Positions 37,657-48,426 of a DNA stretch of 62,841 nucleotides are shown here, piece by piece. Each line of letters opens with the position of its first letter. Position 1 is the first letter of the stretch. The stretch comes from Piedraia hortae CBS 480.64 (lineage: Eukaryota), in the NCBI GenBank assembly GCA_010093745.1, contig MU005979.1, positions 186,001 to 248,841 of the forward strand, written 5' to 3'. The translations under genes were made by a program, and so were the position numbers. A model generated the notes under the pieces. That model was given only the letters and a program-made list of their open reading frames with translations. It was not told the origin of the DNA and made no database searches.

Positions 37657-40584
37657 GCGAGACTTTTTGGGATTCTAATGCGATGTACAAGTCTTTTTAT
37701 GTATGATGTTGATAGGTTTGAGGTCTTAGTGGGGATCGTGTGTTTGTGTTCTTTGCTATGCTGGCTATCGTCGCTATGCTATGCAGTCTTCGAGTTTGAT
37801 CAAACGGAAAAGTTTTGGTAAACTCTTACATTGTTGCTCCATGGGGTTCCGAGAGGGGGGATATATATCTGTTGTTGATGTTCTTGTGGTGGCTGTTCGT
37901 GAGTTGGAGAGTGGGCTGTGCTGCCATAGCCCGGCACGGCAAACTCGTAGCTCCATTGCGTGTTGCCGCTGGATCGCTGCCGTTTCATACATGAACCGTG
38001 TGCCGCTTGTTGCTGCGGTTCCATGTCTTTGCGCTTCCTGGAACTTCATTAGATTCGTCCTATGTTGCGGTATAGAGACATACTGGCTTCTACTGCCTTT
38101 GCTGATTTTCAGTTTTACCCCTTGGTCCGCAAATGCTCGCGAGAGATGAGTCGACTCCCGAAGACCTTCAAAGTCTTTCCGTGCTAGCACTATTCGATTG
38201 TCTTAGTGGAATATCAAGCAGGGGAGTGTCTGATTACCGTTGAAAGGCTGCGAGTCGACCCAGGCCAACAGCTGCGCCATGCCCAGTGGTCTGTTCACCC
38301 GTCAGATTTGCAGGAAGGTGATAGCGAGAAGACCACACCTGTTTGCATCAAATAGGTGGAAACGTAGACGATATCTCCCGACTTTGCGAACGGACAAATC
38401 ACCAAAAACGAAGAATCCACCATCTGGAAAGATATCAGCAACGACCATCCATGGAGACCAACATTGCTAACCGCAGTTGTTTACGTCTTTGAGCTTGTGA
38501 AGTGACGACGTGGTCTGCCCGAGTAACTGATCTGACTCGAGCTTTTTGTTGCCTTGCAAGTTCTCGTCTATCAAGATAGCCATGACGAAGTAGTAAGGGC
38601 TAACAAGCCATTGGCTGGCATTGAATTAGTCAAACCAAGGAGGAAGCTGTCTGGATGACACTTACAATGTTGGATCAGCCTCATGATTGACCTTCATCTC
38701 TAGAATGGGCGGTGGGTCGACCGGCTTCCTATCTTTGCACACCATCAGGAGCAAGGATCATGCAATCTGGAACAGACATACTATTCACCTTTCCGTCTGG
38801 AGTAGCCAACGCTTGCTCCGGTTGTTGCCGAATCACAAGGCTGTAGCCGTTACTGCTGCCATTGCTCTTAGCAAGACTGCAAGTGTTCACGCCATAAGAC
38901 TTACTTAGTGGGAAGTAACGACGTTTCTCCGTGAGACATGTTGTGGTTGGAGTGGAAAGAAGAGAATGCAAGGGATGCAAGGTTTAAAAAAAAAAGTCCG
39001 CTCGTGGATCAGTTCGGTGTCATGGGTGCTGACCGGGCGATCCCAACTGACCGGTCGGTATGACTCTGTATCCCGGTCTGTATTGAAGGGGTAACCTGGG
39101 CGAAGACTTTTGAGCAGCGTAGCTATCTGGGAATATTTCAGTAGGCCTTTTACAAGGGCCAAAAGATTTTGGATACGTTGAGGCAGATTCTGTCGGGACA
39201 ATGTGTTTGTGTAGATCGTGGTAATACAACATCAACACAATGACGAGTGTCAAGTCAAAGTCTCTTTCCAACTCCTAACCATTTCCAGCAACTGGCATGC
39301 AGGTCGCCGCCAACCCTGGCTCGGAAGAGGCCGTGAGGGTCCGGGAAAATGAGTGTAAGACAGTGAGAATTGTGGGGCATGTCACGAGTCAGACACGACA
39401 TGATCTGCCTGTTGACTTCTTTTTGGGAGAAGAGGGGTGGGGAAAGCTGAGGGGAGCAACCTGGCAACCCGTCCGGGTTTCCGGATGATCAGTGGTGCCG
39501 TGTGATGGATTTAGTGAAGAAAATAGAATGCCCGGGGAGGTACTCATAGCGTCCAGGGTATGGACCCGCGGAGAAGGCTCCTGGTTACGATAGCGTCGCG
39601 TTGTGATGAGGCTTTTTCCCAAGCCTCGCAGCCGGGCCCCCACAACCGTTGGTGCGCCGTTAGGGCTCGCGCCGTGCCGTGCCTACACATCTGCACTCTG
39701 CACATATGATCTGCTTTCTTGGGCCGCGCTGCTGCCATCGTACGGCCGTTGAGATGGGGGACAAAGAGCTATGATGCTCAAGATGCATTTGTCACACCTC
39801 CACCCCCCATCGTGAGCAGAATGATGGCATATGCCGACGTCGAGTCAGAAATAGCCGGGCCGCGCCGATGGCTTAGCGCTTCCAGGCCCCAGCCAGCCCC
39901 CGTTGCGGCCGTTGACGGGCACGCCATGGCGATCTGACGCCATGTTTCCCATATTTTGACATGTGATGAGAAGTAGACGAGTCTGGCTCGTGGGATGGGT
40001 CAACACGTGGCGGAGCATTTTCATTTCGCTCTGTCTCACCTGTCTACCCCTCTTTCTTCTTCCGCTCTTTGGGACATGACAAATGTCACCCCCACGCAAG
40101 ACGGCAAGTTTTCCCCAACGAGCAGACATAAGGCGGCTCGGTCCGCGCCGATATGCTCCTGTCGTCAAGAGCTTCGCCAAATCGCTGGCGCTGTCAGAAG
40201 CTTTGGCAGGGCCCTAGCTTGACGCTATTTTGCGCGCTAGGGTGAAGCACTTTAGACCTGCTTGATGTAGATTTCTTTCTCATGCCAATTTCGCGGCTTT
40301 GGCAGGTGTCAAAGGACCCACCACCAGCTCGCGGAACCTAGCCGCGGGTTGCGTGAGGAGTGGCGTGATGTTCACGTAGGGCTGCCTTTGACCAAGAACT
40401 GATATGAGATATCTCCTGATACTCCCCACAACTTCCTCGACTGTCTCTTGCGTAAATCCACATGCCTGGGATACTTGATCTGACGGCGTGATGCCTTTTT
40501 CTTCAACCGCTACCGAACCTAACCGTGTGTGCTAATCATCTCTCACATGACAAGTGCTGACTCCGTTCAGAGCCCAAACGCAAG

Positions 40585-41373
40585 GTGGGCCGGTTTACTT
40601 GCGACCCTTCCCGGCTACAGAATTGTCCTGTATCCGTATTCTGCGGAACCCTACAGTCACGTGGGAGCGACGGATGCGACGCCGACCAGACGCGCCGTTC
40701 GAGTTGCGCCTCAGTAGCATGTTCCGCGTCGTCAGCGGTCACGTCTCCCAATTTCGTTAGTTCGGCCTCGTCGTGGGCTTCCACATCGCCTGAAGGGCCG
40801 GCCCCGATGGAGAATTGCTTCAGAACAGCGGCGACTGCTAGAATGGAGCCGCCACCTCAGCCAGTTTCGAGGCGACCTGGCACCATAACGTTTGACACGC
40901 TGCCGCAAGAGGACCCATCCAGAAGAAGTTCTGTGGCTTCAGATCGACAGTCGTTGTCAGCAAACAAAGCCGAGACACCTTCCCGATCGGTCGCGGGCCG
41001 GCAGGGTCGTCTGCCGCATAGCGTCATCGAGCGGCGGTACCGGGATAACCTCAACCGGCAGCTCGAGATGTTGCGTACTAAGCTGCCGACATTAAAAGAC
41101 GGCAGCACCCCGGGGCCCAGTGAAATCGAGGATAGTGCGGTGCCTCCAAAGTTTCCAACAAAGGCCGTCATCATTGGCGCGGCCATTCGCTACATTGAGC
41201 AACTGGAGGCGGAACGTGATCGACAGAATAGCCGCGTGCGGTCACTGCATGATCAGGTGGAGGGGCTTCAGAAATTAGTACGTTGCGAGGACTGTGCCAT
41301 CCTCAAATACCTCGAGGGCATGGAGGGCTTGCAGGTCTCGCCCGATTCTCAGTTGGGCATGTCAGATATGTGA
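40585..41373 (+). CDS. bHLH-zipper transcription factor; true start uncertain
   Basis: HSVIERRYRDNLN..L...LP basic helix, KAVIIGAAIRYIEQLE helix 2, then a zipper and CEDC. Confidence 0.88.
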   Translation: MGRFTCDPSRLQNCPVSVFCGTLQSRGSDGCDADQTRRSSCASVACSASSAVTSPNFVSSASSWASTSPEGPAPMENCFRTAATARMEPPPQPVSRRPGTITFDTLPQEDPSRRSSVASDRQSLSANKAETPSRSVAGRQGRLPHSVIERRYRDNLNRQLEMLRTKLPTLKDGSTPGPSEIEDSAVPPKFPTKAVIIGAAIRYIEQLEAERDRQNSRVRSLHDQVEGLQKLVRCEDCAILKYLEGMEGLQVSPDSQLGMSDM

Positions 41374-41490
41374 TAGCTATCGGTAGAATAGGCGTTTAGC
41401 CCTGGTGTTGCATCCCGTGTTGCTATCTTGACATATGCAGCTGACTAAGCGGACCGGGTGCAGTGCGAAGCCAAAGCCGAAACGTCGAAC

Positions 41491-43479
41491 ATGTTTGCAG
41501 CCAATCCTACAGCCCGCAGACGATGTCACCTTCGTCATCTGCTAGCTACATTCAGCGCTCGCCGTGCTTCAGTCCGTTCGAGCCACAATGTGACATATCG
41601 TTACATCCACCCAAACGGTGAAGTTGTCGGCAAGCCTGGTCGTAGACGCCGTCATTCGGTTCAGCAGCTCAAGAGACCTTCACTGGGACAGCCTTCTAGC
41701 GTTGTTGTCATTCGCCCAGTTGAAGACGACCAACCAGAGCCGCCACGCGTGGTTGATCCCAAGGAACTGGGAGACGAGTCTCAGAAACCAAGTCTCTCAG
41801 CACAGGAAATTGAAGATGCAGTTCTAAAGAGAAGCAAGAAAGCTCCGCGGCAAAAAGAGGTCAATGCCTCTATAGAAGCCCTGAGACCACAGCAGGATAT
41901 TGTGGAAGAGGCAGAAATCAAACGGCTAGAGCAAGCACTAGCTGAGGGATACAACACGCGCCAGTTGGCTTCGTACGCATTCAGTCCTAAACATCTGGCT
42001 TCTGGGAAGTCTACCAACATCCGTTCATGGAGGGTTGGTCGAACAGCTCTTGAACAGCGACTAGCAGAGGAGAAAGATACCGATGACCGAGCTCACATAA
42101 CCAAACCTCAGGTGATTAACCGAATCCTAAGCCGAATATGGTGTATCGTCAATCCCTCAGATATGCAGAATATTGGTGAGATGGAGTTGCTCTTGGAGCC
42201 GTGGCAAGTGCAGGTGCTTTCAAACAGTCGCTTCGTAGATCGATTGATCAAGTCGCCGCTACTTATGCGCTCTACTTTGGTGCAGTCTTACCAGCCCGAC
42301 AACGTCGTGCGCATCACAGCCCCCCGACACGACGCACAGGAGGTTGCTCGACGACTACTCCACAAACTGAGCAGCATCGATCGCCTCAATGTCGACCTAA
42401 GGGCACTCCACCGGCAGAAACTACGTGACGACGATTTGGCAGATATCAGCAACCAAACCGGCACTCATATCGCCTATAACCCAGACGGAACGCTGACAAT
42501 CTGCGGCCAAGGATCAAGCCGAAAACTCGAAGCGCGCCGTCTTCTTCTATCCCTCATAAACCTCCCCTCGCCCTGCTTACAGCACAAATCAATCAACCTC
42601 GTCTCAGAAACAGAAGCAGAGATGCAAGAATATCCCACAGCATACCTCCCGCGTCGTCTACAAGGCGAGCCTTTATCCCGCCTAACAACCTCTCTCTCAC
42701 TCAACCCAACCATCGAAACCCTCTCTCGAAACCAACAACGTCTTATCCGTCGTAGTCTCGAAGAATTTCCTCCCCTCCCCACCGAAACCAACACCCACAA
42801 ACCATTCAACAAGCCCATAACCCCCACCCCCTGGAACGCACAATTTTGCATCCTCCTCCACCGATCCCAACCCACAGAACCCCCAGAAATCTACAACACA
42901 ATCCCCAAAATACCCCCACTCCTCCGCCATCTCAAACCGCGAAGCGACTCTCCTCCCCCCATCCAGCTAATCGCAAAATTCATCCCCTCACCCTTCAACA
43001 TCCCCTCCACCCCCCTCCCAGCGATCACAATTCCATATACTCTCACCCAAGACGGAATCCAAAACCCCGAGTCCGTAACCCTGCACTTCGCAACCCAGAG
43101 GTTGGCCGTCCAGGTCCCAACCCACGCAGTGGATCTTGTATTCACGCGCTCTGCGGTTGCGGAGCTGCCCTACCCCTCTCTCGAGGGTGTTAAAGGGATG
43201 GGAGAGTTTCGGGATAGGTTGGGAGAGGTGCTGCTTCCGAAGCCGAGGGTTCCGAACCTGGGATTGGGGTTTGAGCAAGGGGAGTTTGTGCTTCTTGGGG
43301 TTGAGAGGGTGCAGAGGGTGGAGTTTGAGGGGCTGGGGGACGGGTGGGGTTTAGGTGTTGACGAGAGGGAGGAAGTGGGGGGGAGGAAGTGGATGGGGTA
43401 TAGGGGGATGAGGGTTGAGTTGGTTGGGGATGCGAGGGGGTTGGTGAGGAGGGCGTGTGAGGTTGTTGGGGTTTTGTGA
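41491..43479 (+). CDS. Probable mitochondrial protein, Sls1-like
   Basis: Arg-rich presequence. GYNTRQLASY, ILSRIW and GEMELLL segments recall fungal SLS1 family proteins (recognition from memory). Confidence 0.55.
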   Translation: MFAANPTARRRCHLRHLLATFSARRASVRSSHNVTYRYIHPNGEVVGKPGRRRRHSVQQLKRPSLGQPSSVVVIRPVEDDQPEPPRVVDPKELGDESQKPSLSAQEIEDAVLKRSKKAPRQKEVNASIEALRPQQDIVEEAEIKRLEQALAEGYNTRQLASYAFSPKHLASGKSTNIRSWRVGRTALEQRLAEEKDTDDRAHITKPQVINRILSRIWCIVNPSDMQNIGEMELLLEPWQVQVLSNSRFVDRLIKSPLLMRSTLVQSYQPDNVVRITAPRHDAQEVARRLLHKLSSIDRLNVDLRALHRQKLRDDDLADISNQTGTHIAYNPDGTLTICGQGSSRKLEARRLLLSLINLPSPCLQHKSINLVSETEAEMQEYPTAYLPRRLQGEPLSRLTTSLSLNPTIETLSRNQQRLIRRSLEEFPPLPTETNTHKPFNKPITPTPWNAQFCILLHRSQPTEPPEIYNTIPKIPPLLRHLKPRSDSPPPIQLIAKFIPSPFNIPSTPLPAITIPYTLTQDGIQNPESVTLHFATQRLAVQVPTHAVDLVFTRSAVAELPYPSLEGVKGMGEFRDRLGEVLLPKPRVPNLGLGFEQGEFVLLGVERVQRVEFEGLGDGWGLGVDEREEVGGRKWMGYRGMRVELVGDARGLVRRACEVVGVL

Positions 43480-43659
43480 AGTTACATATGGTCACGGGGT
43501 AGAGTTTCTTTTGGGGAGAGATGCCTTGCATGGATGAGAGAATTGCTTTGCAAAGCTGTCAAGGTTACTTTGCATGGAAGGGAGGAGGAGCTTGGGAACG
43601 CGAGTGCTGCCCGAGTTGGAACATGTATATTTACAAAAGGTATCATAACATGAGACTGA

Positions 43660-46600
43660 TCATTCGCTACTTGGCGGGTTAAGCCATTCATGCGCAAGTA
43701 CGCCCTCGATATCTATTCTGCGGGCCACGTCGCGGTCAAGCATCTTCCTGATGAGCGTTATGCACGCTTCTGAGGTGACGTACGGCACTCGCAGGTCTTG
43801 GTCCATGATCTCGTCAATCGAGTAAAACGGGTTCTCTTTGTAGATGATCGTGTAGAGCAGAATGCCCAGCGCCCAAACGTCTTGTTCTTTGCCCCGATAC
43901 GGTTCCCCGCGAAGGACTTCGGGGGCTGCGTAGTCTTTGATCATGTTAGTCTCAAGAGGGAAGGGGGGAGGGGGGTTGAGTAAGAAGTCGGAGGATGGCA
44001 TACCGATAGTACCGACAAAGACATCAAAAGGGCCGCTCTTGATGTACGCAGCGCTGCCAAAGTCGGCAAGCTTGACCTTACCCTCGCCGTCAAGGATGAC
44101 GTTTTCATCCTTGATGTCGCGGTGGACAACTTTGGCGCGCACGTGTAGGTGCCAGATGGCTTCTACTACCTGACGGAAGATTCTGCGGCATTCGTCCTCA
44201 TCCATGGACATGCGCAGCTCAATGTAGTCAAAAAGGTCCATGCCGGGCAGCCCGTGGGGGACCATTTCAATGTAGTAGTTGACGTCGTCTTCGAAAAAGT
44301 CTACCATCTCGACAATGTTGGGATGCTGCATTCCCTCGCGGCGGAGGTAGTCCAATACGTGGATCTCAAGCGGCACCGTGCCCAGCCGCCGGTCGCGATG
44401 CCAGGTGTCGACAAGGATGCGTCGCTTGGTCACGTATTTGATGACCATCTTCTTGGCGCCCTCAACCCGATACCGTACCAGTTTGACTTGCCCATAGGCT
44501 CCCTGGCCCATCTCCTCGAGGATCTTGAAGCCTTCAATTTGCTTTCTAGCCACCCGCCGCACGCCGGCCTTGATCATCTCTGGCGCCGGATGCTCAAACG
44601 GCTCGCTCTCACCATCTGCGTCTTCTTCTGCGCCGACCACCGTCTCGTCTTCGGGTTTTTCTGATACGACTGGAAGCGCCATGTCTGTGCCGGGAGGAGG
44701 TTGTCGTGGGGGAGTTCCGGGACGACTTATAGCGGAGTTGACAGACCCCACACCATGATTAACGGCATGAAATTGGCGACTGTACGTAACCCACAGGGCA
44801 TACACCAGCTTGTTGCCGATTTCTTCCCCAATGTCGTTCTCACGGCAGACGGGGTCCCAGTCTGATTCCACCACACGCATCTGCACATCGACCATAATTT
44901 GCCTGCCGTCGCGGTGCACGGCTGGAAGGCCGCTCGGCCGCAGGAACAAGGCTGCCGCATCGGCTGAACCCTCTCGCAGGGCCAGCGTTGACCGAGCTTG
45001 CCGGAAGCTGTGTTCGGGAATGACAATGCCGTCCACGAGGGTTATGTTGTTTTCTTCTGTCATGATCTGCAAAACACGGTCGAAGGCGGGTATGAGTTTT
45101 GTGATGGGTGTGTCTTGGGGAGCGTCGTAGCCGAAGAGGGCGGTGGAGAAGGCATGGTTCGAGGCGCTGATACGCATCGTGGCGGGGTCCACGACGATTA
45201 TGCCGGCAATGTGCGGGAAACTGGACACGCGGATTGTGTTCTGGCCGGGCAGCTGCTCCACCGTGGCCGGAATGGAGATGGAGTTTGCTGTCTGCGCCGT
45301 AAAGTACCGCAGCCGGGCCACGGCTTCGTAGTCCAGCGCTCCTGTGTTGGTGCCCTCCAGTCTGGGAAAGGCAGGAATCAGCCGCGTCACGTCCTTGCCG
45401 GCCCTCAGTCGATCCATGCCCCAGATGGCCTCCACTGCACCACGGCCATTGACGACGGAGCCGATTTCGTCCAGAGTGATGAACGCAACGTCCTCTGCGA
45501 TCTCCTCAACCACCCAGATCAGCGTATCGCCCTTCTCCTTGACCCACAGCGATGCGCTGCCGGTCGAGCCGTTCATCTTCTTGATGGCAACCACGTCGCC
45601 GCAGATGATGACGCCTCGACCTCTGGGCGAGTGTCTGCTGGCTTCCTTTGGAGGAGTTGGGATGCCGTTTTCCGTTCTGCTGCGGCGGCTCTGATATGTT
45701 TGCCAAGCAGGTGGCTTAGCCAACAGCCGTGCCGTGACACCTTTACCCAAAGCGCGCCGAGGTGACGGTTTAACTGTACCCGCGCAAAGTTTTCCCTCCA
45801 GCCACTGCCGTGACCTGAGATCCATTACCTTCATGATCCCAAGCTTCCTCACCTCAGCACGCGTGACGCCAAAGATGAGGCAGGCAAGGTCGTTGGCCGC
45901 CGTGATGGTCCACGGCTCCGCAGACTCGGTGGTGAAGATGGCCTGCGTCTGGTTGCGGTGGCCATGCGGAGCCCGTTCGCTGGCCGTACCGGTGCGAGGC
46001 AGCGGCGGAGCCCAGGCGGACAGAAGCCCAGTCATGGAGGCCGAGCGAGGCGGCGGCTCTGCCTGATACGGCCGGGCCATGGCCTCGGTCAGCTTATGCT
46101 GCAGGGAGTAGCCGGCCACATCGGTAAAGGTTCGCTTCAACGACGTCCGCCGGGGCGGCGTGGGGTCATCCGACTCATCCAGTGGTGTCGGGCTCTCGCG
46201 GCCGACTGCGACGGGCGAAGCCACTAGCGGCGAGCTGCCCTCCTGCTTGGCCGACTCGGGGGTGAAACTTCGGTCAAAGACGTTCCCAAACTCCATTTGT
46301 GCGGGGCCCGTCAGCGGTCCGCAGCCAAGGTCACCGCCGCCCTCTGCACCGTCGCCTCCGCCGAAACTTCGTAGATCCGGCACGTTGGCTTTTTGCAGTA
46401 GCTCCATAATGCTCAGCAGCTCCTCGTCACCGTTGAGCTTGGCCTGGGCGTTGGCTATACGTGGCGATGATGCGGCCCAGCCGATCTTGTCACGCATAAA
46501 GTCGATGCTCCGCCGCAGCACGTTTTGGCGCGTGTGCAACGACTCGCCTGCCTGTAGGGCAAAGGAGAATGAGTGCAGAGACTCGAGCGGGAAGCGGTGG

Positions 46601-47089
46601 ATGTCCTCGCTGGCCGGCCAAGTGGGCGAGCTAGGCAAATTCCACGACGCCTTGCGTGGCTCATCCGGGCCCGTGACCGACACCAGCTTACTGGCCGACG
46701 TCGGTTTCCCCGCGAACTGGTGCGGGCGGATCCGGCTGAGGCCCGTCGTGGCATCGCCAGAGAGAATCGACAGCCTGACACGGCCGTCAGTCAGCTATTC
46801 GGTGACTATCATATTTGTGCTCTATCTCCTGCTCCCCCGCTTTTTTCGCCTTGTGACGCCACTGCCCCCTCCCTTCCCAGACTCACCTCTTCAGCCCGTC
46901 GCACCCGTCCGGTCCAATGACGCTGTCAATGGACGTTCGCTCGCGCAGCGATTGTTCCAGGTGGCTATGGCCATGACGGGCCGGGCCCATGGACGAGATG
47001 TTGCTGGCCGAGCGGGTCTTGGGCAACGAAATACGGAGGGACCATCGCTTCTCGTCTGTCCCTTCATGCCGGTCAGAGTCCGTCGGCAT
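43660..47089 (-). CDS. PAS-domain Ser/Thr kinase (Psk1/Ppk6-like)
   Basis: GQGAYG, HRDIKDEN, DFG and YAAPE kinase motifs; PAS segment ANDLACLIFG. In-frame intron 44003..43935. The upstream exon 47089..46887 splices in frame. Confidence 0.92.
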
Positions 47090-47395
47090 CGCAGGATGCC
47101 TCGCTCTTGGAACCGCTGTCGTCAGAGTTCTGTAAGCGCAGGCGGAATTGATTCCGTCAATGGTGGCACCGTATCGTCCCCGCCCTGCGGCAGCAGATTC
47201 CCCATTCGGATGAACGTCGTTCTGGGAATAGAAATGCTGACAGCTGAAGGGTCAGAAGAAACCGAGTATAAAATTTCACCGAGTCTCGGCTTGCTCGATT
47301 AGGAAGCTCTACCCAGGCTCAGGTGCCAATCACCGACTGCGTCGTCAGACCACGGAAACGCGTACCACTTCAGCTACTCTACATACGTGCAGCCT

Positions 47396-48166
47396 CTAGC
47401 CAGAGTACTCGGATCCGCTCTGAGGGAACTCAAAGTGCACATTCTTGCCCGTGAGACGCTTGTACACTTCGGCGTACGAGTCCAGTCTGTAGTCCACTCC
47501 GCCGCGCTCCTTTTCGTCGAGGATAACCTTCAACAGCTTGCTGCCGTCTGTATGTGTGCGGATGCGCTTGCCAACGATCTCCACCGGGTAGACGAGGTCG
47601 CCGAGGATTGCGTCGTGCACAGCGGTCAACGTACGCGAGCGAGGGCGCTTCTGTGTCTGCGTCGTGCGCGAACGGTTGCTGCGCTTCGGACGGGGCAGAA
47701 TGCGGCGGGAAGCGACGATAATGACGTGACGGTCCGAAAACTTCTTCTCGAGCTCGCGTGTCAGGCTGGTAGGTTGTCAGCGGATTGGGAGCATCCCTAT
47801 GGATCATGCATTACCGTTGCTGCGAGCGGTGCCAGGCCCCAAGCAGGATAACGGGCACGAAAATGACAATCGCCTTGCGACCATGACCAACCTCAACCTG
47901 TAAGAATCCTGGTGTCAGCGAGAAGCTGCCCAGTGCCCACCGCCTCTTCTTGATTGACAGGTCCTCTTCCCCCAAATGTGCTGTGACCAATCTCATCTTC
48001 TTACCTCACGCGCAGAGATAAACTGCAGAGGCCTCAAGGCCGCACGCATGTCGGGGATGTTGTTCTCGAGCTCGAACAAGGCATTGGCCACGCTGGTCTC
48101 AACCGCCGAGGGCTTGGCCCTGGACGGGCTGTTGGGCGCAATCTTGCGAAGAGACTGTTGCGACAT
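47396..48166 (-). CDS. RPS7: 40S ribosomal protein S7
   Basis: [26 protein letters not shown]..|[24 protein letters not shown]; two introns. Confidence 0.97.
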
Positions 48167-48235
48167 GTCGACGTGGTGGTTGGAGTGCGTGGAAAATTGA
48201 GCTGGTGCACGAGGCTTGGCACGGAGGTGCATAAT

Positions 48236-48246
48236 CCTAACCCTAG
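48236..48246 (+). promoter_or_regulatory. CCTAACCCTAG telobox/Tbf1-like motif in the RPS7-ankyrin divergent promoter
   Basis: TTAGGG-related motif about 70 nt upstream of the RPS7 ATG; such motifs are known at ribosomal protein promoters in some ascomycetes. Confidence 0.35.
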
Positions 48247-48426
48247 TGCCCTGCCTTCCAAGGCCATTACGAGAACCACTTTCTAGATGAGCTCATCTCG
48301 TTTACTACAGTATCATTGCAAAGCCATCCCTCCTGGGAGCAGCTCAAAGAAATCTCCGCCACTTTCATCCAACTCTTCTCTTGTTGTGGAGAGGAAGTTT
48401 GATCTGGACAGCCACGACTACCCGAA

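Noticed and set aside
37774..40500. Short ORFs upstream of the bHLH gene
   Set aside because: No motifs; more consistent with a long regulatory or intergenic region.
46160..47302. 380-aa plus-strand ORF
   Set aside because: Antisense shadow of the PAS kinase gene.
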